NCBI GenBank assembly: GCA_051439605.1
Contig: JBFRWN010000077.1
Location: 8,536 to 72,535, forward strand
Length of the DNA: 64,000 nucleotides
Direction: 5' to 3'
Origin: Synechococcus sp.
GTDB taxonomy: Bacteria; Cyanobacteriota; Cyanobacteriia; Thermostichales; PCC-7336
The notes below the pieces were generated by a model. It was not told the origin of the DNA, did no database searches, and worked only from the letters and a program-made list of their open reading frames with translations. Positions 10,462 to 20,414 of the stretch are shown here, one piece after another. A program made the position numbers and the translations under genes. The number at the start of each line of letters is the position of its first letter. Position 1 is the stretch's first letter.

Positions 10462-11304
10462 ATGCCTAAGAGCATGGAGTTGGCCAAGCGGCTAGATATT
10501 GCTACTGAAGCTGCTAATGCAGCCGGAGCAGTCCTGCAACAGTTGCAGGGTAATTTGCGGGATGTACAGGAAAAACGTCCTGGAGATTTAGTCACGGAGG
10601 CAGATCGTCAAGCGGAGGCCATTGTTCTAGAGATCTTGCAGCGGCATTTCCCCCAAGACAGCTTCTTGGCAGAAGAATCGGGAGTACTAGGGGAGTTCGA
10701 CACAGATGGCTTTCTATGGGCCATTGACCCCCTCGATGGCACCACTAACTTTGCCCACAGCTACCCTGCTGCTGCGGTTTCGATTGGTCTGTTATGCAAT
10801 GGGGAGCCGATTTTGGGGGTTGTGTTCGATGTTTTCCGTAACGAACTCTTTCGTGCCTGCAAGGGAATGGGTGCCACCTGCAACCGTCTTCCCATCCAGG
10901 TTTCTAGAACGCCAGAGTTGAGAAATAGCCTGCTCGTGACGGGGTTTGCCTACGACCGACGGGAAACCTCCGACAATAACTACGCGGAATTCTGTCACTT
11001 CACCCACCTCACCCAAGGGGTGCGACGAGGGGGGTCTGCCTCGGTAGATTTAGCAGGGGTGGCAATGGGTCGACTGGATGGCTACTGGGAGCGGGGGCTA
11101 TCTATCTGGGACATCGCCGCCGGGATTGTCTTAGTCAGAGAAGCCGGAGGGATTGTGACCGCCTACGATGGCTCCCCTCTGGACATCAAATCTGGTCGCC
11201 TGCTGGCCACCAACGGTCAGGTACATATGGCCATTCAACAGGAGCTCAGCCGAGTCGCTCCACTCAATCAAAATCTGCCCCAATATCCTGCTGTCACTTA
11301 CTAA
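10462..11304 (+). CDS. suhB: Inositol monophosphatase family protein (SuhB-like)
   Basis: DLVTEAD, WAIDPLDGTTNF, WDIAAG. Confidence 0.88.
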   Translation: MPKSMELAKRLDIATEAANAAGAVLQQLQGNLRDVQEKRPGDLVTEADRQAEAIVLEILQRHFPQDSFLAEESGVLGEFDTDGFLWAIDPLDGTTNFAHSYPAAAVSIGLLCNGEPILGVVFDVFRNELFRACKGMGATCNRLPIQVSRTPELRNSLLVTGFAYDRRETSDNNYAEFCHFTHLTQGVRRGGSASVDLAGVAMGRLDGYWERGLSIWDIAAGIVLVREAGGIVTAYDGSPLDIKSGRLLATNGQVHMAIQQELSRVAPLNQNLPQYPAVTY

Positions 11305-11332
11305 GCGCCCCTGCGTTTCATCCTCCCCGCAC

Positions 11333-12994
11333 ATGTCAAAGGAACTCCTTACTAGCCGCTCTAATATCATCCGCCATCTGTTACTAGCCAGCCTGCTTGC
11401 AATAATCGCTTCATGTGCGAAGACAAATACTCCGCAAGAGTCCATCACAGAAGAAGTCTCGGCCCTCAACAAGGAAGCGATCGCCGCAGACCCTAACAGA
11501 GCTGATGATGTCAATCCTAGATACATTCCTAGCGAGATCGGTCCTCAGGAATCAGAAAGCGACAATCCCCCCAGTATCTCTGCAGATACAACCGCCACAA
11601 GTTCTGAGATCTCCAGTGCAGACCTACCTTCAGAACCATCAACAACAGCTGATGACAAGTCCCCAGAAATAGTCTCAAACATTCCTGCAGCCAATATCGA
11701 CCTAGCTGAGGACTCTGAACCGACCAGAACTTCAGAACCCGAACCTTTGGCAGGGGGTAAGACAGGGGACGATGAGATAGCCACTCTAGATGAAAGAGCT
11801 AGCGATCGCGAAGCTGTAGATGAAACTGATGGAGAGATTGCAGCATCTCCAGACAGCGAGACCGACCCCAACAGCGAAAATTCCAGTGGCGACACCAGTG
11901 CCGAAGAGGTCAGCCCTGGAACTGAGACCACAAACATTCGAGATCGCCAGTGGCGCCTTGTAGAAAGTCGCGGCACCTTACGAGCAGGTCTGGACCCCAC
12001 CATCGGCTATGCTTACCTGCGCACAAATCCTGATGCCCTCCACTATGAAGGGTTCGAGTGGGATATCTTTCAGGCGATTGCAGCAGAACTCAATGTGGCG
12101 ATCGAACCCATTTATATCCCTTGGGCAGAACAGCTCAACGCTCTGCGAGACAATCGCGTCGATATTATCTTTGGGGGGCGCGAGGCAGCAGGAGTCAATC
12201 CAAAGGATTTCCTGACTACTGCCCCCTACTACCTCAGTCCCCAAAGAATCGTGGTTCGTACACAAAATTCCAAGGAAATTCGGCACCTATCCGATTTATT
12301 TGGGCAAAAAGTGGGCATCGTAGCAGACAGTGCAGGAGCCGCAATTCTTGAAGTTTTCAACAGAGATCGCGCCAATGCCCTGCACCTAGTGAACAGTAGC
12401 AACCCATCTCATTTATTCGAGCAGTTGCGACAAGCCCAATTGGATGCAGTCGTCATCGATCAGCCCATTGCTGTGGCTGAGATCGAACGATCTGTAGCCC
12501 ACAGCTCCGATCCACAGCACTTGCAGCAGCCCTCCAGTGATAAGACAGACCCCTCCCTTAACCCAGACCCCACAAGTGCAGAGGAACGGTCCCCTAGCGA
12601 AGTCAGCTTGGCGGGTAATGCTTCAACCTCAGCAAGCGCAGTCCACAGTGAAGCAAGCTATGATGAAGCATCGAATCAAGAAGAGGGAAGAGTTAGAACA
12701 GCCTCTGAGAATCGAGACCTCAGCTCCGCTAGCCTATCGACGCTCCACTTACCCTCACAGTCGGCGAGTTCGGGCAAGAGCGAACCAGACGGTGCAGGCC
12801 AATTGTCGGTTGAAAACGCGAGCGTCTCGGGTCCGGTGCCATTAAGTATGGTGGGAGAACCCATGTTTCCAACCCCTTTAGTAGGGATCGTCAAAGCGGA
12901 TCACGCTTCGCTGAGGCAAGCCATTGATGGAGCAATCTTCAACCTCGAGCGTGACGGAACCATTGCAGCCATTTTGGAGAAGTGGGAGTTATGA
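11333..12994 (+). CDS. Lipoprotein polar-amino-acid-type substrate-binding protein with long low-complexity segments
   Basis: Lipobox-like LLAIIASC; RGTLRAG..P, YEGFEWDI, LERDGTIAAILEKW; stop overlaps next start (ATGA 12991-12994). Confidence 0.75.
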   Translation: MSKELLTSRSNIIRHLLLASLLAIIASCAKTNTPQESITEEVSALNKEAIAADPNRADDVNPRYIPSEIGPQESESDNPPSISADTTATSSEISSADLPSEPSTTADDKSPEIVSNIPAANIDLAEDSEPTRTSEPEPLAGGKTGDDEIATLDERASDREAVDETDGEIAASPDSETDPNSENSSGDTSAEEVSPGTETTNIRDRQWRLVESRGTLRAGLDPTIGYAYLRTNPDALHYEGFEWDIFQAIAAELNVAIEPIYIPWAEQLNALRDNRVDIIFGGREAAGVNPKDFLTTAPYYLSPQRIVVRTQNSKEIRHLSDLFGQKVGIVADSAGAAILEVFNRDRANALHLVNSSNPSHLFEQLRQAQLDAVVIDQPIAVAEIERSVAHSSDPQHLQQPSSDKTDPSLNPDPTSAEERSPSEVSLAGNASTSASAVHSEASYDEASNQEEGRVRTASENRDLSSASLSTLHLPSQSASSGKSEPDGAGQLSVENASVSGPVPLSMVGEPMFPTPLVGIVKADHASLRQAIDGAIFNLERDGTIAAILEKWEL

Positions 12995-14088
12995 CACTGA
13001 GTGTGGGCACACCAATTATTGATGCAGGCTTGGCCAAATACGAGCCTGATTATTATGCAATTTTGGGTGTTCCCCTCAATGCCGATACTCGCCTGATTCG
13101 TAAAGGGTACTTAAACACAGCCAAGCGACTTCATCCAGATCGTTACATTGGTGAACCCGAAAAGCGCGTTACCGCCAACTGGTTATTTTCTAAGCTCATT
13201 AGCCCCGCCAGCGAAGTCCTCAATCGAGAGAAAGATCGGATTGAGTACCGCGAGGTGCTGCGGCTAAGGGTAAAACGGCTGATGTCTTTGCCCCCTGCAG
13301 ATGTCTGGCCTCAATCCCACCATGCCGATGCGCTGCTTCAGGCTACGGATCTAGAATCCACCTACAGAGATACCATTATCAATCTGGCAGACCATCAGTA
13401 CTCGGACTTGGAAAAGGCCGTAACCTGCACCGGGGAACTAAGCAAAGTTAACTTGGCCTATCTCCTGCTGAGCAATGGGTACAAAGTAACATCAGAGGTC
13501 ACACTAGCCTCAAGCACCTCCGAGAAAGCAGTTATCCCTGTCAAGAAAACTTCTCTTACCACTCCCGAGCCATCAGAAGGTAGCCAACAGGTCCATAGTC
13601 ATTCCAGTGGCTACAAAGCTAGCGCACATAAGACCCATGCCCCCCGTACCTCAACAACTTCTAGTGCTTCTGGACTAAGCACTGAGAACGCATCTACCAC
13701 TTTCCCTCCTCCCGAAGAATCGAATCCCATCGAAAAGCCCGGCGAGAAACGCTTCCAGCAGGCTAAAAAAATGATGCAGAGAAAACTCTATAAAGAGGCC
13801 ATCCAATACCTCAATATTGCCATCAGTACAGATCCCCAGAACCCAGATTACTTCTACGAACGCGGACTGGCCTATCTAAAGCTCAACAATGCACCTAGAG
13901 CTCGTCAAGATTTCCAAAAGGTTCTCGCTCTCTCTCCAGAACACCCACAAGCTCTTAAGAAAATGGCCACCATGGGACACAGCATGGGCTCCCAAAAAAC
14001 AACAGCGAAAGCCACCCCTGCGAACGCCTCTAGCAGAAGCACGCCAACAGAAAAGAAAGGAGTGTTTGGCCGCTTATTCAATCGCTAA
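12991..14088 (+). CDS. J-domain protein with C-terminal TPR repeats
   Basis: DYYAILGV...LHPD J-domain; TPR-like helices (YYERGLAYLKL..ARQDFQKVLAL). Confidence 0.85.
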   Translation: MTLSVGTPIIDAGLAKYEPDYYAILGVPLNADTRLIRKGYLNTAKRLHPDRYIGEPEKRVTANWLFSKLISPASEVLNREKDRIEYREVLRLRVKRLMSLPPADVWPQSHHADALLQATDLESTYRDTIINLADHQYSDLEKAVTCTGELSKVNLAYLLLSNGYKVTSEVTLASSTSEKAVIPVKKTSLTTPEPSEGSQQVHSHSSGYKASAHKTHAPRTSTTSSASGLSTENASTTFPPPEESNPIEKPGEKRFQQAKKMMQRKLYKEAIQYLNIAISTDPQNPDYFYERGLAYLKLNNAPRARQDFQKVLALSPEHPQALKKMATMGHSMGSQKTTAKATPANASSRSTPTEKKGVFGRLFNR

Positions 14089-14107
14089 TGCTCGGGAAAT
14101 TAGCTTT

Positions 14108-14204
14108 TGTAGCGATCTTCTTCAAGTCTGCCGGACACTCGAACCACCCAGAACTCTTGCTAAGCACAGGCCTGTCTGTCCCGACTCAAATGGCGAAAGC
14201 AAAA
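14108..14204 (-). repeat. ~95-bp dispersed intergenic repeat, copy B
   Basis: Reverse complement ttttgctttcgccatttgagtcgggacagacaggcctgtgc...gacttgaagaagatcgctaca aligns with the 34582 copy. Confidence 0.7.
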
Positions 14205-14402
14205 AAATCTCTATTACCTCTCTTATCGCGCTGTGGATCGACTGTCTGAAGAGTGAGGTTCTTGAGATGTTTTCAAGAGTTTGGCCATTATCAAGCCATT
14301 CCAGTTTGAATCTTCCAACACCACCGCCCCAGAAATAATATTCCGGGGCATCTAGGATTTTGTGCCACTAGAGACTACACCAGCAACATCGATTGATATT
14401 TG

Positions 14403-15233
14403 CTATGAGTTAATTGGATCGTACTTTGCTGTTCTAACCTGCGTTGCTAAGCCGAGCTTCTTCAATACCTTAACTGCTATCCAGGTTGCATCAACTTCCC
14501 ACCAACGGAGACCGTGGCGAGCAGAATAGGGGTAGGCATGGTGATTGTTGTGCCACCCTTCACCATAAGCAAGTATGGCAACCCACCAGCAGTTTTTCGA
14601 TTTATCACCGCTCTCAAAGTTACGGTATCCAAACTTATGGGTGGCACTATTCACTAGCCACGTACTGTGGTAGACCATGACGAGTCGAACAAACACCCCC
14701 CAGACGACAAAACTCCAGCCACCCCAGAAATATAGGAGCGTCCCCAAAATGAACTGAGGTAGCAGGAAAAATTTCTGCATGAACTCGTAGAAAGAGTCAC
14801 CGTTCATATCCCCCGTGTAACGACGAATTTGCTCTTGTGGAGGAGGAGAGTACATCAACCACCCCATGTGGCTCCACCAGAACCCCTTATTGGAATCGTG
14901 AGGATCGTCGGAAGTATCTGAGAACTTGTGGTGAATGCGATGCATGCCCACCCAGTCAATCGGGCTTCCTTCTGCAGTCAAAGTTCCCAGCGTCGCCAGA
15001 ATGTACTCTAACCACTTGGGTGTCTTGAAGCTGCGGTGAGCAATTAAACGGTGGAAGCCAAGGGTAATGCCCAAACCACCTGTGATCCAGTGAAGGGCAA
15101 CTGCCAATCCAACCGCAGCCCAACTAAAGGTGAATGGAGCAAAGAGAGCGCCACCATGGATGATGGTCATAAAGATAATGACAGGCCAGTTGAGCTGCTG
15201 CCGCGCCTGTGGGGGAAGGGATGTTGTAGTCAT
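14403..15233 (-). CDS. desC: Acyl-lipid delta-9 desaturase
   Basis: His boxes HRLIAH, HRIHH, HNNHH; GEGWHNNHH. Confidence 0.92.
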   Translation of the reverse strand: MTTTSLPPQARQQLNWPVIIFMTIIHGGALFAPFTFSWAAVGLAVALHWITGGLGITLGFHRLIAHRSFKTPKWLEYILATLGTLTAEGSPIDWVGMHRIHHKFSDTSDDPHDSNKGFWWSHMGWLMYSPPPQEQIRRYTGDMNGDSFYEFMQKFFLLPQFILGTLLYFWGGWSFVVWGVFVRLVMVYHSTWLVNSATHKFGYRNFESGDKSKNCWWVAILAYGEGWHNNHHAYPYSARHGLRWWEVDATWIAVKVLKKLGLATQVRTAKYDPINS

Positions 15234-15286
15234 AAAACTTATATTAAGGGCTTTTGACCAATCTTTTTTGAGAATAATTTCAATAA

Positions 15287-16507
15287 ATGCACGAACATCT
15301 AAACCCAGTATTCCGAAACATTGACAACATCGTTCAGATGAATTTGGAGCGCGTTCTCAGTGCTTTTCGGGATCATCGCATCGGCGCGCGGCATTTTTCG
15401 AGTGTGTCGGGTTATGGTCATGACGATTTAGGTAGAGAAGCGCTCGATCGCGTGTTCGCCCAGGTCATGGGAGCAGACGCGGCAGCAGTGAGGGTGCAGT
15501 TTGTGTCGGGAACCCACGCGATCGCCTGTGCCCTATTCGGCGTGCTGCGACCTGGCGATGAATTGTTGGCTGTAGCTGGGGCCCCTTACGACACCTTGGA
15601 AGAGGTGATTGGCTTGCGGGGGGACAACCAGGGATCGCTGCGGGAGTTTGGTGTGACCTACCGACAGGTGGAGCTAACCAACGAGGGCAGGGTGGATTGG
15701 AATGCTTTAGCCGAAGCCGTTGGACCAAACACCCGCATGGTACACATTCAGAGGTCCTGTGGCTATGATTGGCGGCCCAGCCTAACGATTGCAGATATCG
15801 CGCGAGTGGTGGGGAGCATTAAACGGCAGAACTCGAATACGGTCTGTTTTGTGGATAACTGCTACGGGGAATTTGTCGAACCGCAGGAACCCTGTCATGT
15901 CGGAGCAGATTTAATTGCGGGATCGCTGATCAAGAACCCGGGCGGAACCATTGCACCTGCCGGTGGTTATGTTGCGGGACGAGGGGACCTGGTAGAACAA
16001 GCAGCCTGCCGATTGACTGCCCCCGGAATTGGTCGAGAGGGCGGGGCAACCCTCGACCTCAATCGATTGCTGTTTCAGGGGCTTTTTATGGCGCCTCAAG
16101 TGGTGGGGGAAGCGGTGAAGATTGCCCACTTAGGGGCCGCCACGTTTCATACCATGGGATATGCAGTCTCCCCTTTACCGGAGGAACCCCGCACGGACGT
16201 CATTCAAGCCATTCAGTTGGGATCGGCGGAAAAAGTGCAGGAATTTTGCCGAACGATCCAAAAGCATTCGCCGATTGATTCCTACCTGGATCCAGTGCCC
16301 GATCGCATTCCAGGGTATGCGGATGCCGTCGTGATGGCGGGGGGAACGTTTATTGAAGGCAGCACCCTGGAACTCTCAGCCGATGGGCCGTTGCGGGAAC
16401 CCTTCACGGTGTTTTTGCAGGGGGGAACCCACCTCAGCCACGGAGCACTTGCCATCGAAGCAGCAGCGGCAGCCATTCGTCAGCTGGAGGACCCTAGCAA
16501 AGGATAA
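15287..16507 (+). CDS. Aluminium-resistance / methionine gamma-lyase family PLP protein
   Basis: GYGHDDLGR, VSGTHA, FVDNCYGEF, GSLIKNPGG. Confidence 0.88.
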   Translation: MHEHLNPVFRNIDNIVQMNLERVLSAFRDHRIGARHFSSVSGYGHDDLGREALDRVFAQVMGADAAAVRVQFVSGTHAIACALFGVLRPGDELLAVAGAPYDTLEEVIGLRGDNQGSLREFGVTYRQVELTNEGRVDWNALAEAVGPNTRMVHIQRSCGYDWRPSLTIADIARVVGSIKRQNSNTVCFVDNCYGEFVEPQEPCHVGADLIAGSLIKNPGGTIAPAGGYVAGRGDLVEQAACRLTAPGIGREGGATLDLNRLLFQGLFMAPQVVGEAVKIAHLGAATFHTMGYAVSPLPEEPRTDVIQAIQLGSAEKVQEFCRTIQKHSPIDSYLDPVPDRIPGYADAVVMAGGTFIEGSTLELSADGPLREPFTVFLQGGTHLSHGALAIEAAAAAIRQLEDPSKG

Positions 16508-16622
16508 TCCCAGCAGTTCTAATGGGTTGCCATCAGTGGGGGAGTCTCTTATCCCGCGCTATGCTCGCAGTTCGGGAGGGATGATATTGCGATAATCTCC
16601 GTAAAGGTGCAATCTCGCCACG

Positions 16623-16715
16623 TTTAGATGTGGCTATTTCAGCTCAGGCAGTTAGGTCTAGCCTCAGTCAGGATGTGCGAACGTGAAATGGCCAAGCGAT
16701 TTGACGGTCGCGATA
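16623..16715 (+). repeat. ~95-bp dispersed intergenic repeat, copy C
   Basis: gctatttcag ... gtgaaatggccaagcgatttgacggtcgcgata. Confidence 0.72.
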
Positions 16716-16788
16716 ACTGCGAGACATCTGGGCATTCATCCCCAGGGTGCTTTTGGGGGCAGTCGATGTAAGTATCTGTGAGGCGATC

Positions 16789-18789
16789 GTGGAACAAGGG
16801 ACGTTGGTTGAATTTCGCCTCCAAGGCGATCGTCAGCTGGCCGTAGTGCAGGGTAAGGAAGGCAAGAAGAATCTACTGTTGTCAGTAGCCTCTGGCCAGA
16901 CCCATTCTGTACACCCTCGGCAGATCACCTATGTCTTACCTGGTGAGGGATACAAGAGTGAAGAGATTGCTTCATTCATCGATCGGGTTGAGTCTGAACT
17001 CGACGCTGACAGTTTGGAAATTGCTTGGGAGTTTTTGCTGGAGGAGCAACAGTCTGTGAAACCTCCCGAACTTGCAGAAATTCTATTCTCCAGTACTGAA
17101 GCCTCTAGCGTATATGCCGCTTACCGCATGCTGAGCGAGGATCGCCTGTATTTCAAGCAAAAAGGGGACGCGTTCGAACCTCGCTCGCAAACCCAAGTGG
17201 CAGAAATCAAACACCAAATTGAGGTCACCGAACGCAAGGAGCGGGAGAAAAATGAATTTGCAAATCGCCTGCAGCAGGCATTAACGAACGGTGGAGGAGT
17301 GTCTTGGACCCCATCCGATCGCCTGCGCCTGGAATCACTAGAGCGATTTGCACTGTATGGAGAGGAGGCATCTGACAAGGCAAAAGCAATCGCCCTGCTA
17401 GAGCAGCTGCAGAGGGGAGCCAGTGCAGACGTTGCTTTCCAAACGCTGGTCGATCTAGGACTGTGGGATATTCACGAGAATCTCGAACTGCGCCGATCTC
17501 AAGCCCCTAGAGAATTTCCCGAGACCGTAAAGGAAGCGGTGCAACATTTGTTGGAGAGCCCACCAGAGGACAACAGCGATCGCCGCGATCTGACCCACCT
17601 GCACACCTACACCATTGACGATGCCAGTACACGGGAAATTGACGATGCCCTCAGCATCGAGTTTCTGGAGGATGGACGACAACGACTATGGATTCACATT
17701 GCTGACCCCACCCGCTGGGTTCTACCAGGATCCGAATTAGATGTAGAAGCCCGCAAGCGGGTAACGACTATTTACCTGCCTGAAATTGTCATTCCCATGT
17801 TTCCACTAGAACTGGCAGCGGGACCGATGAGCTTACGGCAGGGAGAAATTTCCAGTGCTCTCAGTTTTGGCGTCGTGCTGGATGAAGTTGGGGAGATCGA
17901 GGATGTGGAAATTTGCCCTAGCCACATCAAGGTGTCTTATCGGCTCACCTACGATGACGCCGACGAGATGCTCGAGATGGGGGTGGAGAAAGAACTGACG
18001 GAGATCGCAGCAGCGGCGCAGTTGCGCTATCGCTGGCGCATCGATCGCGGAGCGATAGACATTGGCTTGCCGGATCAGGACATCAAGGTAGTGGATGGTG
18101 TGCCGTCGATTGGGGTGATCGACGATACGCCATCCCGGCAGATGGTGGCCGAGATGATGGTACTGTCTGGGGCTGCCGCCGCACAATTTTGCGCGGAGCG
18201 AGAGATTGCTGTCCCCTACCGCACCCAGCCTGCACCAGAGTTACCATCAGAAGACGAGCTGGCCCTGTTTGGGAACGGTCATGCTCGCTCGTTTGCCATC
18301 ATGCGCTGCATGAAAAAAGGCGAAGTCTCTACCGCCCCCGATCGCCATGCTGGGCTAGGGCTAGATTTCTACAGTCAAGTGACCTCACCCATCCGTCGCT
18401 ACAGTGACTTGATCGCCCATTATCAAATCAAAGCAGCCCTCAGCGATCGCGAGCCACCATTTGATGCCCATAGCCTGAAGGATGTGGTAGCCAGCCTGGG
18501 AGCAGTAGCGGGGGAATCAGTGATGATAGAGCGACAAACTAACCGCTATTGGAGCATGGAATTTTTGCGCCTGCGATCGGATGTTGTCTGGCGCTCCTTA
18601 GTTCTGGGGCATTTGCGAGAACATGAGAATTTGGCATTGGTCATGCTGGATGAAATTGCGTTTCGCATTCCAGTGAGATTCAAGCGGCATGTGAACCCAG
18701 GGGAATGGGTACAGTTGCAGGTGACAGAGGTACATCCCCGTGGAGATCGAATTGATTTTGAAGAGGTCACTGCAAGCGACACCGACTAA
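16789..18789 (+). CDS. rnb: Ribonuclease II / RNB-domain exoribonuclease
   Basis: TIDDASTREIDDA catalytic motif, HIAD, TSPIRRYSDL; GTG 16789. Confidence 0.9.
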   Translation: MEQGTLVEFRLQGDRQLAVVQGKEGKKNLLLSVASGQTHSVHPRQITYVLPGEGYKSEEIASFIDRVESELDADSLEIAWEFLLEEQQSVKPPELAEILFSSTEASSVYAAYRMLSEDRLYFKQKGDAFEPRSQTQVAEIKHQIEVTERKEREKNEFANRLQQALTNGGGVSWTPSDRLRLESLERFALYGEEASDKAKAIALLEQLQRGASADVAFQTLVDLGLWDIHENLELRRSQAPREFPETVKEAVQHLLESPPEDNSDRRDLTHLHTYTIDDASTREIDDALSIEFLEDGRQRLWIHIADPTRWVLPGSELDVEARKRVTTIYLPEIVIPMFPLELAAGPMSLRQGEISSALSFGVVLDEVGEIEDVEICPSHIKVSYRLTYDDADEMLEMGVEKELTEIAAAAQLRYRWRIDRGAIDIGLPDQDIKVVDGVPSIGVIDDTPSRQMVAEMMVLSGAAAAQFCAEREIAVPYRTQPAPELPSEDELALFGNGHARSFAIMRCMKKGEVSTAPDRHAGLGLDFYSQVTSPIRRYSDLIAHYQIKAALSDREPPFDAHSLKDVVASLGAVAGESVMIERQTNRYWSMEFLRLRSDVVWRSLVLGHLREHENLALVMLDEIAFRIPVRFKRHVNPGEWVQLQVTEVHPRGDRIDFEEVTASDTD

Positions 18790-19016
18790 TACTCGGGGAC
18801 ATTTCAATATCGAGTGCATCTAGCCAACGTCTGGCGCAGCAATCAGGTTGCTACAGTCTCTATAATGAAGCCTTGTTGAATACCGCCAAGCGGTCTATTC
18901 CGAAACACAAGCTCTTGTCATCAAATACCCACATATCGAGAGTGAAGCTTAAATCTCGTACCAGTCTTAGATACTCTCTCTAGAATCAAAATGGCCCTCT
19001 TCCACAGGATTGACCC

Positions 19017-20141
19017 ATGGATACTGCTGCCGTCCTTCCCCTTCAAGCTCCTAAAGATGTCTCAGTCGAAGAAATTCAAGCGGAACTGAGTAATATCTGG
19101 ACAGCCAAAGGGGATAGCGTTGCCGCCCGTGCCGCCACCTTTAACCTGATTGTTTACGAATCCCCCGAACGCCATAATCTCGCCCTACCCTCCACTGTTG
19201 AGGCGATCGCCGCTCAAAATCCCTGTCGCGTCATTAACCTCCAATCGATGCCAGAGGGGCAAGGGAACGTTCTTCAAGCTCAAGTAGCCGCATACTGCCC
19301 CATTCGCCAAGACAAAGGCTCGCTCGTATGTTGCGAATACATCACGCTACAAGCGTCCCCAGAAGCATTTGAACGCACCTGCAGTACAGTGTCCTCTCTG
19401 CTAATTGCCGACCTGCCAACCTATCTGTGGTGGCAGGGGGACTTAGACCTGCAAAGCCGTCTATTTCAACTGTTGGTGAACACCAGCCATCGCATCATTG
19501 TTGACTCCAGCACCTTTGTTTACCCAGAAGAAGACTTGCAGGAGGTGCATCAGCTGGCCAAGGGAGGCAACTATGTTGGTGACCTCAACTGGCGTCGCCT
19601 GAACTCCTGGCAAGAACTCACCGCCCAAGCTTTCGATCCACCAGAAAGACGGGATTCTTTGGGTGAGATCGACCGCGTCACCATCGACTACCAAGCAGAC
19701 AATCCCTGCCAAGCTTGGATGTATTTGGGCTGGTTTGCCAGCCGTTTGGGATGGCAACCGGTATCCCGCCTGCAAACTACTGAGCACGACTACTTAATCG
19801 ATCGCCTCACCTTTAAAAATGACCATTGTGAGGAAATTCAGGTAGAGTTAGCCTCTGTCCCCACCATCACCCCTACTCGCGGAGAGCTGGTGGGACTGCG
19901 GCTCAACTCTACCAATCCCAATGCCGATGCGTGTACTGTTTTGTGTTCCGAAACCACCGGCTGCATGCGCATGGAGGTGAAGGGTGGAGCCCAAAGCTGC
20001 CGCATTCAGCAGGTGTCTCCCATCGAGCAACTGACGGCAGAGACGCTACTGGCCCAGCAACTGCAGCGTGCGGGTCAGGATGCACTGTACGAAGAGTCCA
20101 TTGCCATGGTGCAGCAACTGTTGAATGCACCCGCGCCCTAA
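19017..20141 (+). CDS. opcA: Glucose-6-phosphate dehydrogenase assembly protein OpcA
   Basis: AIAAQNPCRVI, AYCPI, VCCEYIT, DLNWRRL.SWQELTA, TGCMRME. Confidence 0.9.
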   Translation: MDTAAVLPLQAPKDVSVEEIQAELSNIWTAKGDSVAARAATFNLIVYESPERHNLALPSTVEAIAAQNPCRVINLQSMPEGQGNVLQAQVAAYCPIRQDKGSLVCCEYITLQASPEAFERTCSTVSSLLIADLPTYLWWQGDLDLQSRLFQLLVNTSHRIIVDSSTFVYPEEDLQEVHQLAKGGNYVGDLNWRRLNSWQELTAQAFDPPERRDSLGEIDRVTIDYQADNPCQAWMYLGWFASRLGWQPVSRLQTTEHDYLIDRLTFKNDHCEEIQVELASVPTITPTRGELVGLRLNSTNPNADACTVLCSETTGCMRMEVKGGAQSCRIQQVSPIEQLTAETLLAQQLQRAGQDALYEESIAMVQQLLNAPAP

Positions 20142-20414
20142 TCGTTAAAGATCCGGGACCCGGCTCAGAAATTTTGGCAGAGAGTGGACTATCAACATCA
20201 ATGGCGTACAAGATTGATGGCGTGCCAGATTGATATCTGCCCGCCTCGCAACGCTTTTTCTGAGAAAAACTATGCCTTGGAGACAGGTCGCAAGAGGGAT
20301 TTTTAGCAGGAGGAAGGAGCGATCCCCTGATCACGTCTAGGTTCTAGCGGTATTTCCCCGAGACATCCATCAACTTCTGATAGACTATTTAAACATTAAG
20401 AAATACAAAGTTTC

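Noticed and set aside
10462..11304. IMPase as histidinol-phosphate phosphatase because it follows hisC
   Set aside because: The sequence looks like the general SuhB type; adjacency alone is insufficient.
16510..16760. Possible riboswitch or ncRNA upstream of rnb
   Set aside because: No riboswitch consensus; the structured part is explained by the ~95-bp repeat copy.
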